This document shows, piece after piece, positions 39,449-52,794 of a DNA stretch of 64,000 nt (position 1 is the stretch's first letter; each line of letters starts with the position of its first letter). The position numbers and the translations under genes were made by a program. The notes under the pieces are model-generated. The model did no database searches. It was given only the letters and a program-made list of their open reading frames with translations, and was not told the DNA's origin. Origin of the DNA: Macrostomum lignano (Eukaryota); the NCBI GenBank assembly GCA_002269645.1, contig NIVC01000938.1, positions 73,278 through 137,277 on the forward strand, written 5' to 3'.

Positions 39449-40908
39449 CTTGTGGCTGATCTAAATACCACAGAGAAGCTGACTGTTTATTATAATGAAC
39501 TATTCGCCGAACTCAAGTTCGGTCAAAATTGTCCGACAAATTTTAAGCCGTCTCCGTATCGAGTCTTGCATCAAGCAAAAGAGCAAAAGGCAGAGGGCGC
39601 CAATTTAAAGACTTTGAAAAATGAAAAAATGGTCTGGAAACATTTTATCAAACTGTTATCAAACTGCTATCTCACTCAAGGCGCTCCTAAGGTACTCGCA
39701 GTTAGAGTAGCTAGCTTCAGACAGCAACAATCATTATCAGTTGTGTAAATTGCTAACACTATTATAAACCACTGATAGTTATCCACTGCAGCACGAACTT
39801 GGACTCGAACTTGGGTGCGATGGCCCCCACTTGAACTTGAACTCGAACAAGCGCACTGACAAAAACGGGGGAAAAAGAAATATAAAAATATTGACGCTAA
39901 AGATATATAGATTAAGCTACACTGAATTCAAAACAGAAACAGCAACAATAAGACTATCTGCGCAAGCAGTAAGTAACTTTAAAGTACGCTCGTATATTTT
40001 TAATTCAAACTTATTAGTCAATTAAATTAATATACAAGTAACGCAAATAAGGAAAGACTTGCAAATACAACAACAGTAACTAACAGTAGAATTCAGAATA
40101 AAATGCGACTGCAAATTTTCATTATATTTTGCACTATCTAATGTTAACTCATCGTTAAATAATACCCTTGTAAAACTGTATATAACCTTGAAGCAATGCA
40201 TAATTTTTTTAAATTGAAAATTTTTTATATATTTTCTCACAACTCTTAACAGTCAATAGTTTCAAGATTTAAAGAATCTCCACACGGAGTAGAAAAAGTA
40301 GAAAAACATTCCGTTAAAACTTGCTTGCGTCATTACACAACCGAAAAGTTTGTATATAACAATATAAAACCTAATCTTTTTGTCTACAAGTTAACACAAA
40401 AATAATTTGTAGCACAAGTTTTTAAAAGCAAACTTCAATTTTTTTCAATATTCATCTAGCTGCTTTAGTTAGTTACTTGTGTCTTTGGAGTTGGAGTTGA
40501 GCAGAGAATGTCTTTGGTCAAGTCTGTCTTTGATTCGCTGATGGGGAAAGAGTTGAGCCATAGACTTAATTTCACAAGGTTCTGGAGAAACACTTGTTTG
40601 CTTTAATCTAGGGAAGTGACGATACAGAGCTTTGTTATCACTTATGACGGTCTAAATGGGAATTCGGACAATCAAAACGGAACGCCATAGACATTCAAGC
40701 CAGGCCACAGATCACACACACACAGGTCATGGTCATGGACTGAAGCAGTTTAGCAAAGTCTACTGAGGGAGGCTTGGCCATAGACTATAACTTTGGACAT
40801 TCAATATCGGAGAAAGCCTTTCAAAACGGGAATCGGACTGAGATTTTACAGCTCTCTGTCCGTCCCTTCCCTGTTTGCTCGTCTTTGGCCTGAAAGCGAC
40901 CCCATTCA

Positions 40909-41175
40909 ATGGCGCTACCAATTCGTGTAGCAGATCGCCAGCGGCTGACTGATGCGATTGAACAAAGGTCATACATTACAGGAGCTGCAAGAATCTTGCA
41001 AATCAAGAAAACAACCGCCTTTCAAAGCGCTGCCAGCTTTCGACTCGATGGCAGAGTGGAATCCCTTCCTCGCGGTGATCCGAAAGAAGGATTGTGCAAA
41101 GCCGGTCAGGAAATGAGAGAATTCTTGGTTGAGAAACTTAAAGAAAGTTCTTTCCTGACGCTAAAAAATGTCTGA
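40909..41175 (+). pseudogene. N-terminal HTH fragment of an IS630/Tc1-like transposase
   Basis: DRQRL..AARILQIKKTTA..FRLDGRVESLPRG..EMREFLVEKLKESSFLTL; similar in pattern to the 4090-4170 segment; truncated. Confidence 0.55.
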
Positions 41176-41867
41176 ATTTTTCACTTTTAAATATATCCAG
41201 TGGCCCTGGGATATAAAAAAACACTAAATTGGGCGAATTACCGTTTTGAATGGCTTTTTCCCATATTGATTGTCCATTTTACATGGTATGGTTGATTGGT
41301 TGTGTAGTCCCAAGCAGCCCGAGTTTGTGGCCTGGTTTGAATGCATATGGCGTGCCGTTTTGATTGTCCAAATTCCCATTCAGATCATCGAAAGCGATAC
41401 AAAAGTCTGCTTACTACGTCCAAAGAATTTTAAACTGAAGCAATATGCCTATCAAATGTATTTGACTTATCAACGGAAGAGCCAGCGTGGGTTACTTACT
41501 GAATTAGCAAGTCAATATCTGGAAGACCTAAGCAGCAAATTTTTTGGAGGGGGAAATTCCGGACAGCTCAATGAGCTGAAACTGAAACAGCTTGAACAAT
41601 ACTAACGAGACTAAAAGTTCAACTGAACTTCCAAAGTGACAATTAGTTTTGCTATTAAGGTCACTCCACATGTAACATTTAGTTGCTAACAAATTGTTAA
41701 TTTTTGTTTCTCAGAAATCATACACTCCATCGAACTGAACACTGCTTGGACCATAGACTATGCGAAATTCCAGACGGAATTTCATTGATTGCCTGCCTCC
41801 AAATCCATAAACACGATCAGCCTGGAGAAGTTACTTAGTGACAATTTTCAATGTATTCATGAGTAGT

Positions 41868-44629
41868 TTAACCAACTGCAGCTTGCGACAACAGAGCCAA
41901 AATCTCGGCATTATCAGTTAGATCCTCAGGCTTGACGGTCTCAGACTCGTCCTCAACTGAGATGTCGAATTGTCCACCAGAAGCCAGCAACAATGCGACT
42001 ACAGTCTTAACGGATTCGATTGATTGTGTAGAGGCTACGGCTGTGTGCAACGGAGTCATACCGTCACAGTCCGGTCTATTAGGATCAGATCCCAGCTTCA
42101 GCAATTCCCTACAGGCTGCTTCATCAGCTCGATCAGCTGCCCAATGCAACAGAGTCTGACCAGCAGAGTCTGCGCTAGATTTTGCCAATTCCGGCTTGCT
42201 TTTTAACAGTGCCCGAACTCGTTCGGTTAAACCGTCTGATTTAAACAAAGTGAAAGCTTGCAAGATTTCTTTATCAATTTTATCGTCATGTTCAACATCG
42301 TTGTCGCCTTCAACACTGCCTAGCGCCGTCATTGTGCTGACTCTGGCGCCAAATGCTGCACCGCCAGCGCCGCTGTCTTTGCCAAATTTTTTATCAGAAG
42401 AAGACCAATCAGGAAAACGATCGCTGACAAAGGCTACGTACTCTGACATGGCCGTTTCTGTCGGCATTTGGCCCAACGAGTGCCAAGCGTCCCTGTTGTG
42501 ATATTTATACATTTTAGTTGCTACGTCACTTGATAATTAATAACTGATTTCTATTGGATTTATCAAGTCTCAGTACTATTTTATCCGTATCTCTAATCTC
42601 AGTTGATATCTTCATTGGGTATCTCTAATCTCAGTTGATATCTACATTGGGTATCTCTAATCTCAGTTGATATCTTCATTGGGTATCTCTAATCTCAGTT
42701 GATATCTTCATTGGGTATCTCTAATCTCAGTTGATATCTTCATTGGGTATCTCTAATCTCAGTTGATATCTTCATTGGGTATCTCTAATCTCAGTGGATA
42801 TCTTTATTGAGTATCTCTAATCTCAGTTGATATCTTCATTGGGTATCTCTAATCTCAGTTGATATCTTCATTGGGTATCTCTAATCTCAGTTGATATCTT
42901 CATTGGGTATCTCTAATCTCAGTTGATGTCTTCATTGGGTATATCTAATCTCAGTGGATATCTTTATTGAGTATCTCTAATCTCAGTTGATATCTTCATT
43001 GGGTATCTCTAATCTCAGTTGATATCTATATTTGGTATCTCTAATCTCAGTTGATATCTTCATTGGGTATCTCTAATCTCAGTTGATATCTACATTGGGT
43101 ATCTCTAATCTCAGTTGATATCTTCATTGGGTATCTCTAATCTCAGTGGATATCTTTATTGAGTATCTCTAATCTCAGTTGATATCTTCATTGGGTATCT
43201 CTAATCTCAGTTGATATCTACATTGGGTATCTCTAATCTCAGTTGATATCTACATTGGGTATCTCTAATCTCAGTTAATATCTTTATTGAGTATCTCTAA
43301 TCTCAGTGGATATCTTTATTGAGTATCTCTAATCTCAGTTGATATCTTCATTGGGTATCTCTAATCTCAGTTGATATCTACATTGGGTATCTCTAATCTC
43401 AGTTAATATCTTCATTGGGTATCTCTAATCTCAGTTGATATCTACATTGGGTATCTCTAATCTCAGTGGATATCTTTATTGAGTATCTCTAATCTCAGTT
43501 GATATCTTCATTGGGTATCTCTAATCTCAGTTGATATCTTCATTGGGTATCTCTAATCTCAGTTGATATCTACATTGGGTATCTCTAATCTCAGTTGATA
43601 TCTACATTGGGTATCTCTAATCTCAGTTGATATCTTCATTGGGTATCTCTAATCTCAGTTGATATCTACATTGGGTATCTCTAATCTCAGTTGATATCTT
43701 TATTGAGTATCTCTAATCTCAGTGGATATCTATATTTGGTATCTCTAATCTCAGTTAATATCTACATTGGGTATCTCTAATCTCAGTTAATATCTACATT
43801 GGGTATCTCTAATCTCAGTCAATATCTATACTGGGTATCTATAATCTCAGTCAATATCTCTAATCTCAGTCAATATCTACATTGGGTATCTCTAATCTCA
43901 GTTAATATCTACATTGGGTATCTCTAATCTCAGTTAATATCTACATTGGGTATCTCTAATCTCAGTTAATATCTACATTGGGTATCTCTAATCTCAGTGG
44001 ATATCTATATTTGGTATCTCTAATCTCAGTTAATATCTACATTGGGTATCTCTAATCTCAGTCAATATCTATATTGGGTATCTATAATCTCAGTCAATAT
44101 CTCTAATCTCAGTCAATATCTATGATATTGGACACCTCTAAACTCAGACTAGATTCCATCGGGTAACTCGTGTTTTTTAAAAACTACTAAAAATTTAAAA
44201 AATCATTCAGACTGTTCCGGGGACTAAAAACCCATTTAAAAGTACTTATTAAACTTGTATAAAAGCATCACTGGATATCTATTATCTAAAGTCTCCTTAA
44301 AAAATCTTACCATTTCTGTTTGCCTTGAAAATCGAAAAATCCAGGTCTCGGAATATTGCAAGGTCCGTCCAGAGCCTAAAAATTCAAAGTTTTGAACTGT
44401 TTAAAACTGAAAAATGCATTTTTCCTACTAACATAAGTAGAAGAAAACGCATTTTATAGCTGAAGAATATTACCTGCTTATATCTGGCGTAAAGATACAG
44501 CAGTTCGTCAGGCTTCAAGTTGCCAGTTGCGCTTCGAACGAACAGCGAAGCGCCTTGAAATTCTTTTTTTAAAGGCGACCAACTGTCCATTGAATCTTCG
44601 TCTTCGGAATCCAAAGGGTTACTCATCAT
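41868..44629 (-). CDS. ACBD6: Acyl-CoA-binding domain protein 6 (ACB domain plus ankyrin repeats, 281 aa)
   Basis: Exons 44474-44629, 44311-44375, 41868-42492 join in frame. LLYLYARYKQA..GPC..PRPGFFDFQGKQKWDAW (ACB domain) and GQTLLHWAADR / GMTPLHTA (ankyrin). Confidence 0.9.
42580..44125. repeat. 32-bp minisatellite TATCTCTAATCTCAGTTGATATCTTCATTGGG
   Basis: Direct reading; fills ACBD6 intron 2. Confidence 0.96.
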
Positions 44630-44739
44630 TCAGCTGGAAAACAGTAATCTAATTAAAATAGGTTATTGTGAATCATAGGATTGTTTCTAGATTAGGTCAG
44701 AATTAAGTTTTCAGAAAAATATTATGAGTGTTATTGTTA

Positions 44740-45950
44740 CTGAGTCTCTAGATCAGGATTGTAAGTCTCTAGATCAGTATTGTGAGGCTCTTGATCAGTA
44801 TTGTAAGTCTCTAGATCAGGATTGTCAGTCTCTAGATCAGGATTGTGAGTCTCTGAGATCAGTATTGTGAGTCTCTAGATCAGGATTGTGAGTCGCTGAG
44901 ATCAGTATTGTGAGTCTCTAGATCAGGATTGTGAGTCGCTGAGATCAGTATTGTGAGGTTCTTGATCAGTATTGTAAGTCTCTAGATCAGGATTGTAAGT
45001 CTCTAGATCAGGATTGTAAGTCTCTAGATCAGGATTGTCAGTCTCTAGATCAGGATTGTAAGTCTCTAGATCAGGATTGTAAGTCTCTAGATCAGAATTG
45101 TAAGTCTCTAGATCAGGATTGTAAGTCTCTAGATCAGGATTGTAAGTCTCTAGATCAGGATTGAGTCTCTAGATCAGGATTGTCAGTCTCTAGATCAGGA
45201 TTGTAAGTCTCTAGATCAGGATTGAGTCTCTAGATCAGGATTGCAAGTCTCTAGATCAGGATTGTAAGTCTCTAGATCAGGATTGTCAGTCTCTAGATCA
45301 GTATTGTAAGTCTCTAAATCAGGATTGTAAGTCTCTAGATCAGGATTGAGTCTCTAGATCAGGATTGTGAGTCGCTGAGATCAGTATTGTGAGGTTCTTG
45401 ATCAGTATTGTAAGTCTCTAGATCAGGATTGTAAGTCTCTAGATCAGGATTGTAAGTCTCTAGATCAGGATTGTAAGTCTCTAGATCAGTATTGTAAGTC
45501 TCTAGATCAGTATTGTAAGTCTTTAGATCAGGATTGTAAGTCTCTAGATCAGGATTGTAAGTCTCTAGATCAGGATTGTAAGTCTCTAGATCAGGATTGT
45601 AAGTCTCTAGATCAGGATTGTGAGTCTCTAGATCAGTATTGTAAGTCTCTAGATCAGGATTGTAAGTCTCTAGATCAGGATTGTAAGTCTCTAGATCAGG
45701 ATTGTAAGTCTCTAGATCAGGATTGTAAGTCTCTAGATCAGGATTGTAAGTCTCTAGATCAGGATTGTGAGTCTCTGAGATCAGTATTGTGAGGCTCTTG
45801 ATCAGTATTGTAAGTCTCTAGATCAGGATTGTAAGTCTCTAGATCAGTATTGTAAGTCTCTAGATCAGGATTGCAAGTCTCTAGATCAGGATTGTAAGTC
45901 GTTAGATCATTATTGTGAGCCTCTAGATCAGGATTGTGAGCCTCTCAATC
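44740..45950. repeat. 21-bp minisatellite GATCAGGATTGTAAGTCTCTA
   Basis: Direct reading; fills most of the BCS1L-ACBD6 gap. Confidence 0.96.
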
Positions 45951-46163
45951 AGGTTTGAGTTTCATACGCTTTAAAACTTGAAATTCTTAGTAAACAATGA
46001 AAGCAAAGGGGACTTAAGACAAAGAAAATGTTACTATTTTGTAAATCACTCAACTTTAAATATGTTCTTATATTATATTTAGCTAATTAATTATGCTACA
46101 ATTGAACTAATTCAGCACTTAAGCGGCCAGAATATTAAATGCCAAATTTACAACTCCAAGCCT

Positions 46164-47179
46164 TCAAGCAGCCTCAGCAACAGTCAGGCAGTCAGTAGCC
46201 GAATCCAAAGCCGCTTTCCAATCTGATTTGTGCATTAGAAAATGTCCTTGCACTTTAGCCGGACTAATTCTGGCGCTTTCAACGCAATCAATTGAATCGC
46301 TAATTAATAATTTATTAGCAAATTCTTTAGCCGCTTCCATACCGGCCTCGGGATAAAACCTGGCAAACATTCGGACCAGCTGATCTCGGGTGCAGTAGCC
46401 AATTCGGACGTAGAGGTCAACTCGACCTGGCCGGGTCAGAGCTGGGTCCAGCCGCTCGGGGTAATTAGTAGTCATAAACAGCAGCCGGCCCTCAGATGAC
46501 GTCACCCCGTCTAAGGTGTTCAACAGGCCGGTCAGGCTGATCCCGGGCATGCCGGAGTACCGGCTAGGCGACTCGGCTAATCTAGCTTGAGCAGCCAGAG
46601 CGGCATCGACATCTTCCAGTAGCAGAACAGACTGAGGCGGCGCGTGATTCAACAGGTGGTCCAGGCGGGCATCGTCTAAGCCGTATTCGCCCAGGTTCAG
46701 CATGCAGATTGAGCACTGGAGAGAGCCGGCCAAAGCTGTGATGAAGCTGGTCTTGCCGCAGCCGGGCGGCCCGTGCAGCAGGTATCCGCGTCGGTAGGGG
46801 ACTCCGCGGTCCGTGTACCAGCGCTGGCTGGATTGGAACTCCCTGATGTCAGCCAGGAGCGATTCGGCTTGGCCAGCTGCAAGAATCACCTGCGGTTATG
46901 CATTTGTTGAGCAATGGATTATCAGGTGGACTTTAGCGTGAGGAGAGGGGATAAAGGAAAATGGGAGAGAGTAATGTAGCTTATAGTGAGTGACTAATTT
47001 TTCCCAGTTCCTTTCCGGATACTGAATTACAAATAATCAGGCATTAGAAACCGGGACTCCAACCCGCGTCTATTCAATTATCCAACTAAATGCGTTAATC
47101 TAAACGCTATCATAATATTATAACTTTTAGCATCGATCTGCAGGTAAAAGCTGGTTCAAAAGCAATACCTGAATGTCTG

Positions 47180-47231
<52 letters not shown>

Positions 47232-47461
47232 GGCAGACAGGCAGGCAGACAGACAGAAAGACGGCAGACAGGCAGACAGACAGAAAGACAGACAGACCGG
47301 CAGACAGACAGGCAGACAGGCAGACAGACAGAAAGACAGACAGACCGGCAGACAGACAGGCAGACAGACAGGCAGACAGACAGACAAACAGACAGGCAGA
47401 CAGACAGACAGACAGACAGACAGACAGGCAGGCAGACAGACAGAAATACAGACAGACCGGC

Positions 47462-47513
<52 letters not shown>

Positions 47514-47581
47514 CGGCAGACAGGCAGGCAGACAGACAGACAGACAGGCAGACAGACAGACCGGCAGACAGACAGACCGGC

Positions 47582-47617
<36 letters not shown>

Positions 47618-49285
47618 CGGCAGACAGACAGGCAGACAGACAGGCAGACAGACAGGCAGACAGACAGACAGGCAGACAGACAGGCAGACAGACAGACCGG
47701 CAGACAGACAGACAGACAGACAGACAGGCAGACAGACAGGCAGACAGGCAGACAGACAGGCAGACAGACAGGCAGACAGACAGGCAGACAGACAGGCAGA
47801 CAGACAGACAGGCAGACAGACAGACAGACAGGCAGACAGACAGACAAACACAGACTCACGGATTCAACCGGCCGCCTCCGCCTGGGATAGCCGAACGGCT
47901 CCCACTCGGCGCCCCTGGCCTTGTACACCACAGTCCAGCCCTCCCTAGCCTGGAAAGCCATCTCCCTGGCCTCGTCCAGCACCCGATCGAAGACGCCCCG
48001 ACCGCGCCCGATGGCCGTCAGTCGAACCGATTCGAATGGCGACGTTTCGCCCGTTCGCTCTCGACGCATCTGGGCTTCGCGATTGCGCTCAACTCTAATC
48101 CAGGTGCCGCCGTAGCGAAAGAAATGATTGCCAACGCTCGGCAGGTAGGAGCTCCTGTTGTTGGTGAAAGGACAGTCTTTAATATGCGTTTCTCTTTCTA
48201 CTGTTATCTCTCCACTCTAACTTATCCCTCCCTATCATATACTGTCCCTTCTTTACCTACTCTTTCATTTTCTTATCTACTCTCTCACATATTATCTACT
48301 CTCTCCTATCCTTATCCACTCTCTCCTATCCTTATCCACTCTCTCCTATCCTTATCCACTCTCTCCTATCCTTATCCACTCTCTCCTATCCTTATCTACT
48401 CTCTCCTATCCTTATCTACTCTCTCCTATCCTTATCTACTCTCTCCTATCCTTATCCACTCTCTCCTATCCTTATCTACTCTCTCCTATCCTTATCTACT
48501 CTCTCCTATCCTTATCTACTCTCTCCTATCCTTATCTACTCTCTCCTATCCTTATCTACTCTCTAACCTCCTTATCTACTATTTCCCTTCATATCTACCA
48601 TCTCCTATTCTTATCTACTCTCCATCCTCCTTATCTACTCTCAACTCTCCTTTCTTATCTACCATCTCTTATCCTTATCTAGTGAGCTCTCCTTATCTAC
48701 TCTCTCCCTTCATATCTACCATCTCTTATCCTTATCTAGTGAGCTCTCCTTATCTACTCTCTCCCTTCATATCTACCATCTCTTATCCTTATCTAGTCTC
48801 TACTCTCCTTATCTACTCTCTCCCTTCATATCTACCATCTCTTATCCTTATCTAGTCTCTACTCTCCTTATCTACTCTCTCCCTTCATATCTACCATCTC
48901 TTATCCTTATCTAGTCTCTACTCTCCTTATCTACTCTCTCCCTTCATATCTACCATCTCTTATCCTTATCTAGTCACTACTCTCCTTATCTACTCTCTCC
49001 TCACTTAGTAATTATCCGGCCACTGTCGCTCTGTTCCAGCGCAGTCTGCACGCTAACATGCTGACAATTGCCAACCCGCTTAGTGATCCACTGCAGCAGC
49101 CAAGCATAGCTGGGATCGTGGCTGGGCACTTCAAGCGTGGCCGTGTAGCGACGCCGCAAAAAAATAGCGCCCAATTGTGCGCCACGACGCAGCGCGGTGA
49201 GGCCAACTCCTACTCCGGCTAGGCCGAAACCGGCGCCAAAGTACGGATTGTCCTTAAATAGGTCGTTGAAGTAGTCTGAGACGCC
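46164..49285 (-). CDS. BCS1L: Mitochondrial AAA chaperone BCS1 (no genomic start codon in first coding exon)
   Basis: Exons 49005-49285, 47860-48154, 46164-46889 join in frame (433 codons before stop). [39 protein letters not shown], Walker [10 protein letters not shown], Walker [28 protein letters not shown]. Confidence 0.95.
47178..47852. repeat. (GACA/GGCA)n compound microsatellite
   Basis: Direct reading; BCS1L intron 2. Confidence 0.95.
48240..49000. repeat. CT-rich 20-bp repeat (CTCTCCTATCCTTATCYACT) grading into a longer unit
   Basis: Direct reading; BCS1L intron 1. Confidence 0.92.
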
Positions 49286-51852
49286 CTGAAGCGAGTGAAA
49301 ATAACTTTGAGGTTATTTTAGTGGTAAAATAGACTCTAGTGTACAATTTTATACCATAGTAAAAGAGGATTTCTATGTAAAAAAAAAACAGAAGGAAATC
49401 TTCAATCAAATATACTAAAAATTATTGCTCTATTGCAGGGATTAGCAAACTCTGGCCCACAGACAACAAACAGACATAAAATGTTCACTATGACTTTCTT
49501 TATAGCAAGGTTCAACTTTTCCTAGACCATGGTTTAGAAACTTGCCAAGGGCTATATTGCCTTCAATGAAAAAGCAGACTTTTCTATTTAAATAAAAATG
49601 CAAAAGCACTAGTCAGACACTATTTAGATGCTTAAGCTTGTTGGTGCTATTGTGAGCTGCTTTGTGAGATATGTTAGTAAAACCACAAGAACTTTCTGAT
49701 GCACTAAATAGTAAGTAATAGATCATGGCTTTGCACTTTTCTTAAATGCATTAGACTTAATCCTACCAAATATATCAATTTCTTATAGACTATAATACCT
49801 AGTCAAACCCTAGATACACAAAATGGCTCATGGAAAAAAATGTTTTAATAAAACTACTCTCACCTATAAGACAAAAGCAATTTAGGCCTAACTGCATTCT
49901 AATCTATTAGACAATTCTAGCAATATTTTTATTATAATCTGTCAAGATATTTAGGAAGAATAGATCAACTACAAACTAGAATAAAATTAACTATAAAGAC
50001 ATGGCATACATATTCTCAAAGATACTGTTTTTTGGAAAAATTCTTATATGCAACTAGGTTTTCAACAGTTTACTATTATGTACATGGTGTAAGACCAAGA
50101 TAGCCATATACCAAGATGGCCACAATATTCAATTGCTATTGTATCTACTCTTTTTCTATTATTAATGACGTAGGGCTTGCTTCTGTCCTTATAAATAATT
50201 CCACAATGCCACCAAAGTTATAACAAGGCTTTTGGCTCTCTCTAGAAATCCCACCGTTGAGACACCAAAGTTGTTACAGGGGTTATTTCTTCCTCACGAC
50301 CTTACTGGTTACTACTTGCCTTCTACTAGTACTGCATGTCTACTACTTCTATTGGTAGCATATGTACTTTTATTGGTAGCATATATACTTTTATTGTACT
50401 TTCTGGCCTGAGCGGTCTTTTAGGCACTGTCTATCCTATCCTTATATTCCTCTAAAGATATTATTCTCAGTCCTGGGCATTCCTGGGATCAGAGGGTCAC
50501 AGCGCACTTCGCTGGGTATTCTGCCCTGAGGTGGGTTTTTCAGACTCTAAGCCTAGATTTCTCTACACTGTGGTAGGAATTCTGCCTTCTAAAGGCGGGT
50601 TACTAGACTCCTAAGTCTAAGATTTCTCATTCTCTGAGAACGGACTGAACTCCCAATCTTGGGGCAACTCCTATGTCACTATCTACTACTTGAAATAAGT
50701 AACACAAGTGATCACAAGCCCAAGGCTGATTTGAAGCTTGATCAATGTTCGAAACAATGGTACAAGACCAACAAACAAGAAAAGGTTCACAAGGTTATTT
50801 ATTTTGGCTCCCAGCTGACTCCTATTTATAGTAAAATTTTCCTAGTATATAAAACAAAGTATTAATACATAGAATATTTAGAATATTTTGCATATAATAA
50901 ATATTTTTATATTCGCATAGTATAACAACAGTAGTACATTTTTGAAATGCAACTTTTTCTAAGAAATTGTTATAAAAACTGGAGGCCTATTATATTAATT
51001 AGCAATTTCATAGCTATTGTTGTATTTATTATTATGTTAATCAATCATATTTATCAATACTAATATAATAATAGATTTGAAACTAATGACCAATAATATA
51101 AAACCAATTGATATTTTTCAGTGCTTGTGCCAATTTATTCTCTATCATATATCTATCAATATCAAATCTATTACTATCAGTTTATCAAGAAACCATTGCT
51201 AGTGCTAGTGGTACTGGTAATGCTATAGAGCAAAATGGGATCAATATGCAACAAGGTATTTATTTTGTGCTAGGCTACTTGATTTATGTAGTAGATAAAT
51301 ATCTATAGGCCAGGCTATAATAAAAGCTAAAGCCAAAAAGAAATGATTATAATACAATATAATTCTATTTCTATCTATCTTCTTAAGACTTAAAGATCTA
51401 CACCTAATAAAAATTACTACAAATAGAAAATAAGTGAAATATGTAGACCTAGACTTATTATTATCTATTTAGACATTTAGAACTATGGCCATCTTAGTGT
51501 ATGGTCCTATAGACATCTTGGTCATGTGACATGTACACAATGTATATCAAAAAATCAATAAGTTTTTTGTATACTCTGTATAATAGCGCACATAATTTTT
51601 TTTAATATTGGTCTTGGTCTTGGTCTTTGGTCTATCAACTTTGACATTATAGATTTGATCTGACCCTTATATAAGCAAAGTGAAAAAATTGTTACATGTA
51701 TATATAGCTATGTATAACATCTAGGCCTAGCCAAGCTGGCCAATTTGGTTATTTGGCAAAACACTGCAGCCAAAACAAAAAGTCACAAAAAATGCTCTCC
51801 CAAAAAAACCAATATAGTACTACATAGTTGGCAATGCTATGTTCCAGCCAAA

Positions 51853-52587
51853 TAGTGATGGATCGAAATTATTTTTTAAATTTAAATCGAATTTTTGGTT
51901 CCTTAGAATCAAAATTGAAATTGAAATTGAAATCAAAATCAAAATTTTTGAGCTTAACAAATTTTTACTTTTTTGCTAATCATGCAAAAAGGTTAACACC
52001 TTGCCTCTGCATGTATGAGCTTACATGTTTTATAAAAAGTATCCTTGATATGTTTAAACTAGAATACTTAAGATTTAACTTACTTTAAAAATACAAAATA
52101 GAAAATGCTGATGTATTATGTATTATACACTCGTACATAGAAATGTAGTAGAAGTTGTATTATACTTCACCGCTGTTTAAGCTGAAGATCTAGATACAAG
52201 TAGCCTATATCCATTTCATTAAGGTTTTAAGTCTTTAGCCAATTAAAATCCACGCCGATGAGTTCAGCCAGTGGGCATGTAGAAATTGAGGTGGGTGCAG
52301 CACAAGGCCTGGAACAGTGTGTGCCCCGCACAATCTTTTCTTGTAGAAAAGGTGATTCTCACCTTCCCACTGAGTCTTTGAACCGCACTTCCTTTCACTT
52401 CCTATAGATTTTCTTACTTGTGTAGCATGATCATCAATGTCTAAATTGTTAAAATATAACCAAAATTTTGAAATGATTTTTGATGAATAGTGTTGAAATT
52501 CAAAATCAAAATCAAAATTATTTCAATGTAAAATTAGTTTTAAAATTTGGAATATCGAAATCGAAATCGAATTTCGATCTATCACTA
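51853..52587. mobile_element. hAT-type non-autonomous element
   Basis: TIR TAGTGATGGATCGAAAT / ATTTCGATCTATCACTA; 8-bp TSD CAGCCAAA / TAGCCAAA (one mismatch); subterminal GAAAT/AAAAT repeats. Confidence 0.75.
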
Positions 52588-52794
52588 TAGCCAAAGTTGT
52601 CATAATTAAGACTGTTATGGGCTTAGGCCTATGTGGGTTTTCAAAAAAATAGCATTTCTCCCATGAATCTAGGACTATTTGTCTAGGCCTTACCAGACTA
52701 TTTGTCTGCCCTAGGCAAATGGCCAGTGGACTATTTGTCTGCCTGTGCTAAATAGTAGATATGGTAACTGTCATAGGTTTCTAGTCATTGGTGA

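Noticed and set aside
47110-48855. 560-aa RQTD-repeat and CLSV-repeat ORFs
   Set aside because: (GACA)n and CT repeats in BCS1L introns; the only real coding part is the minus-strand exon 47860-48154.
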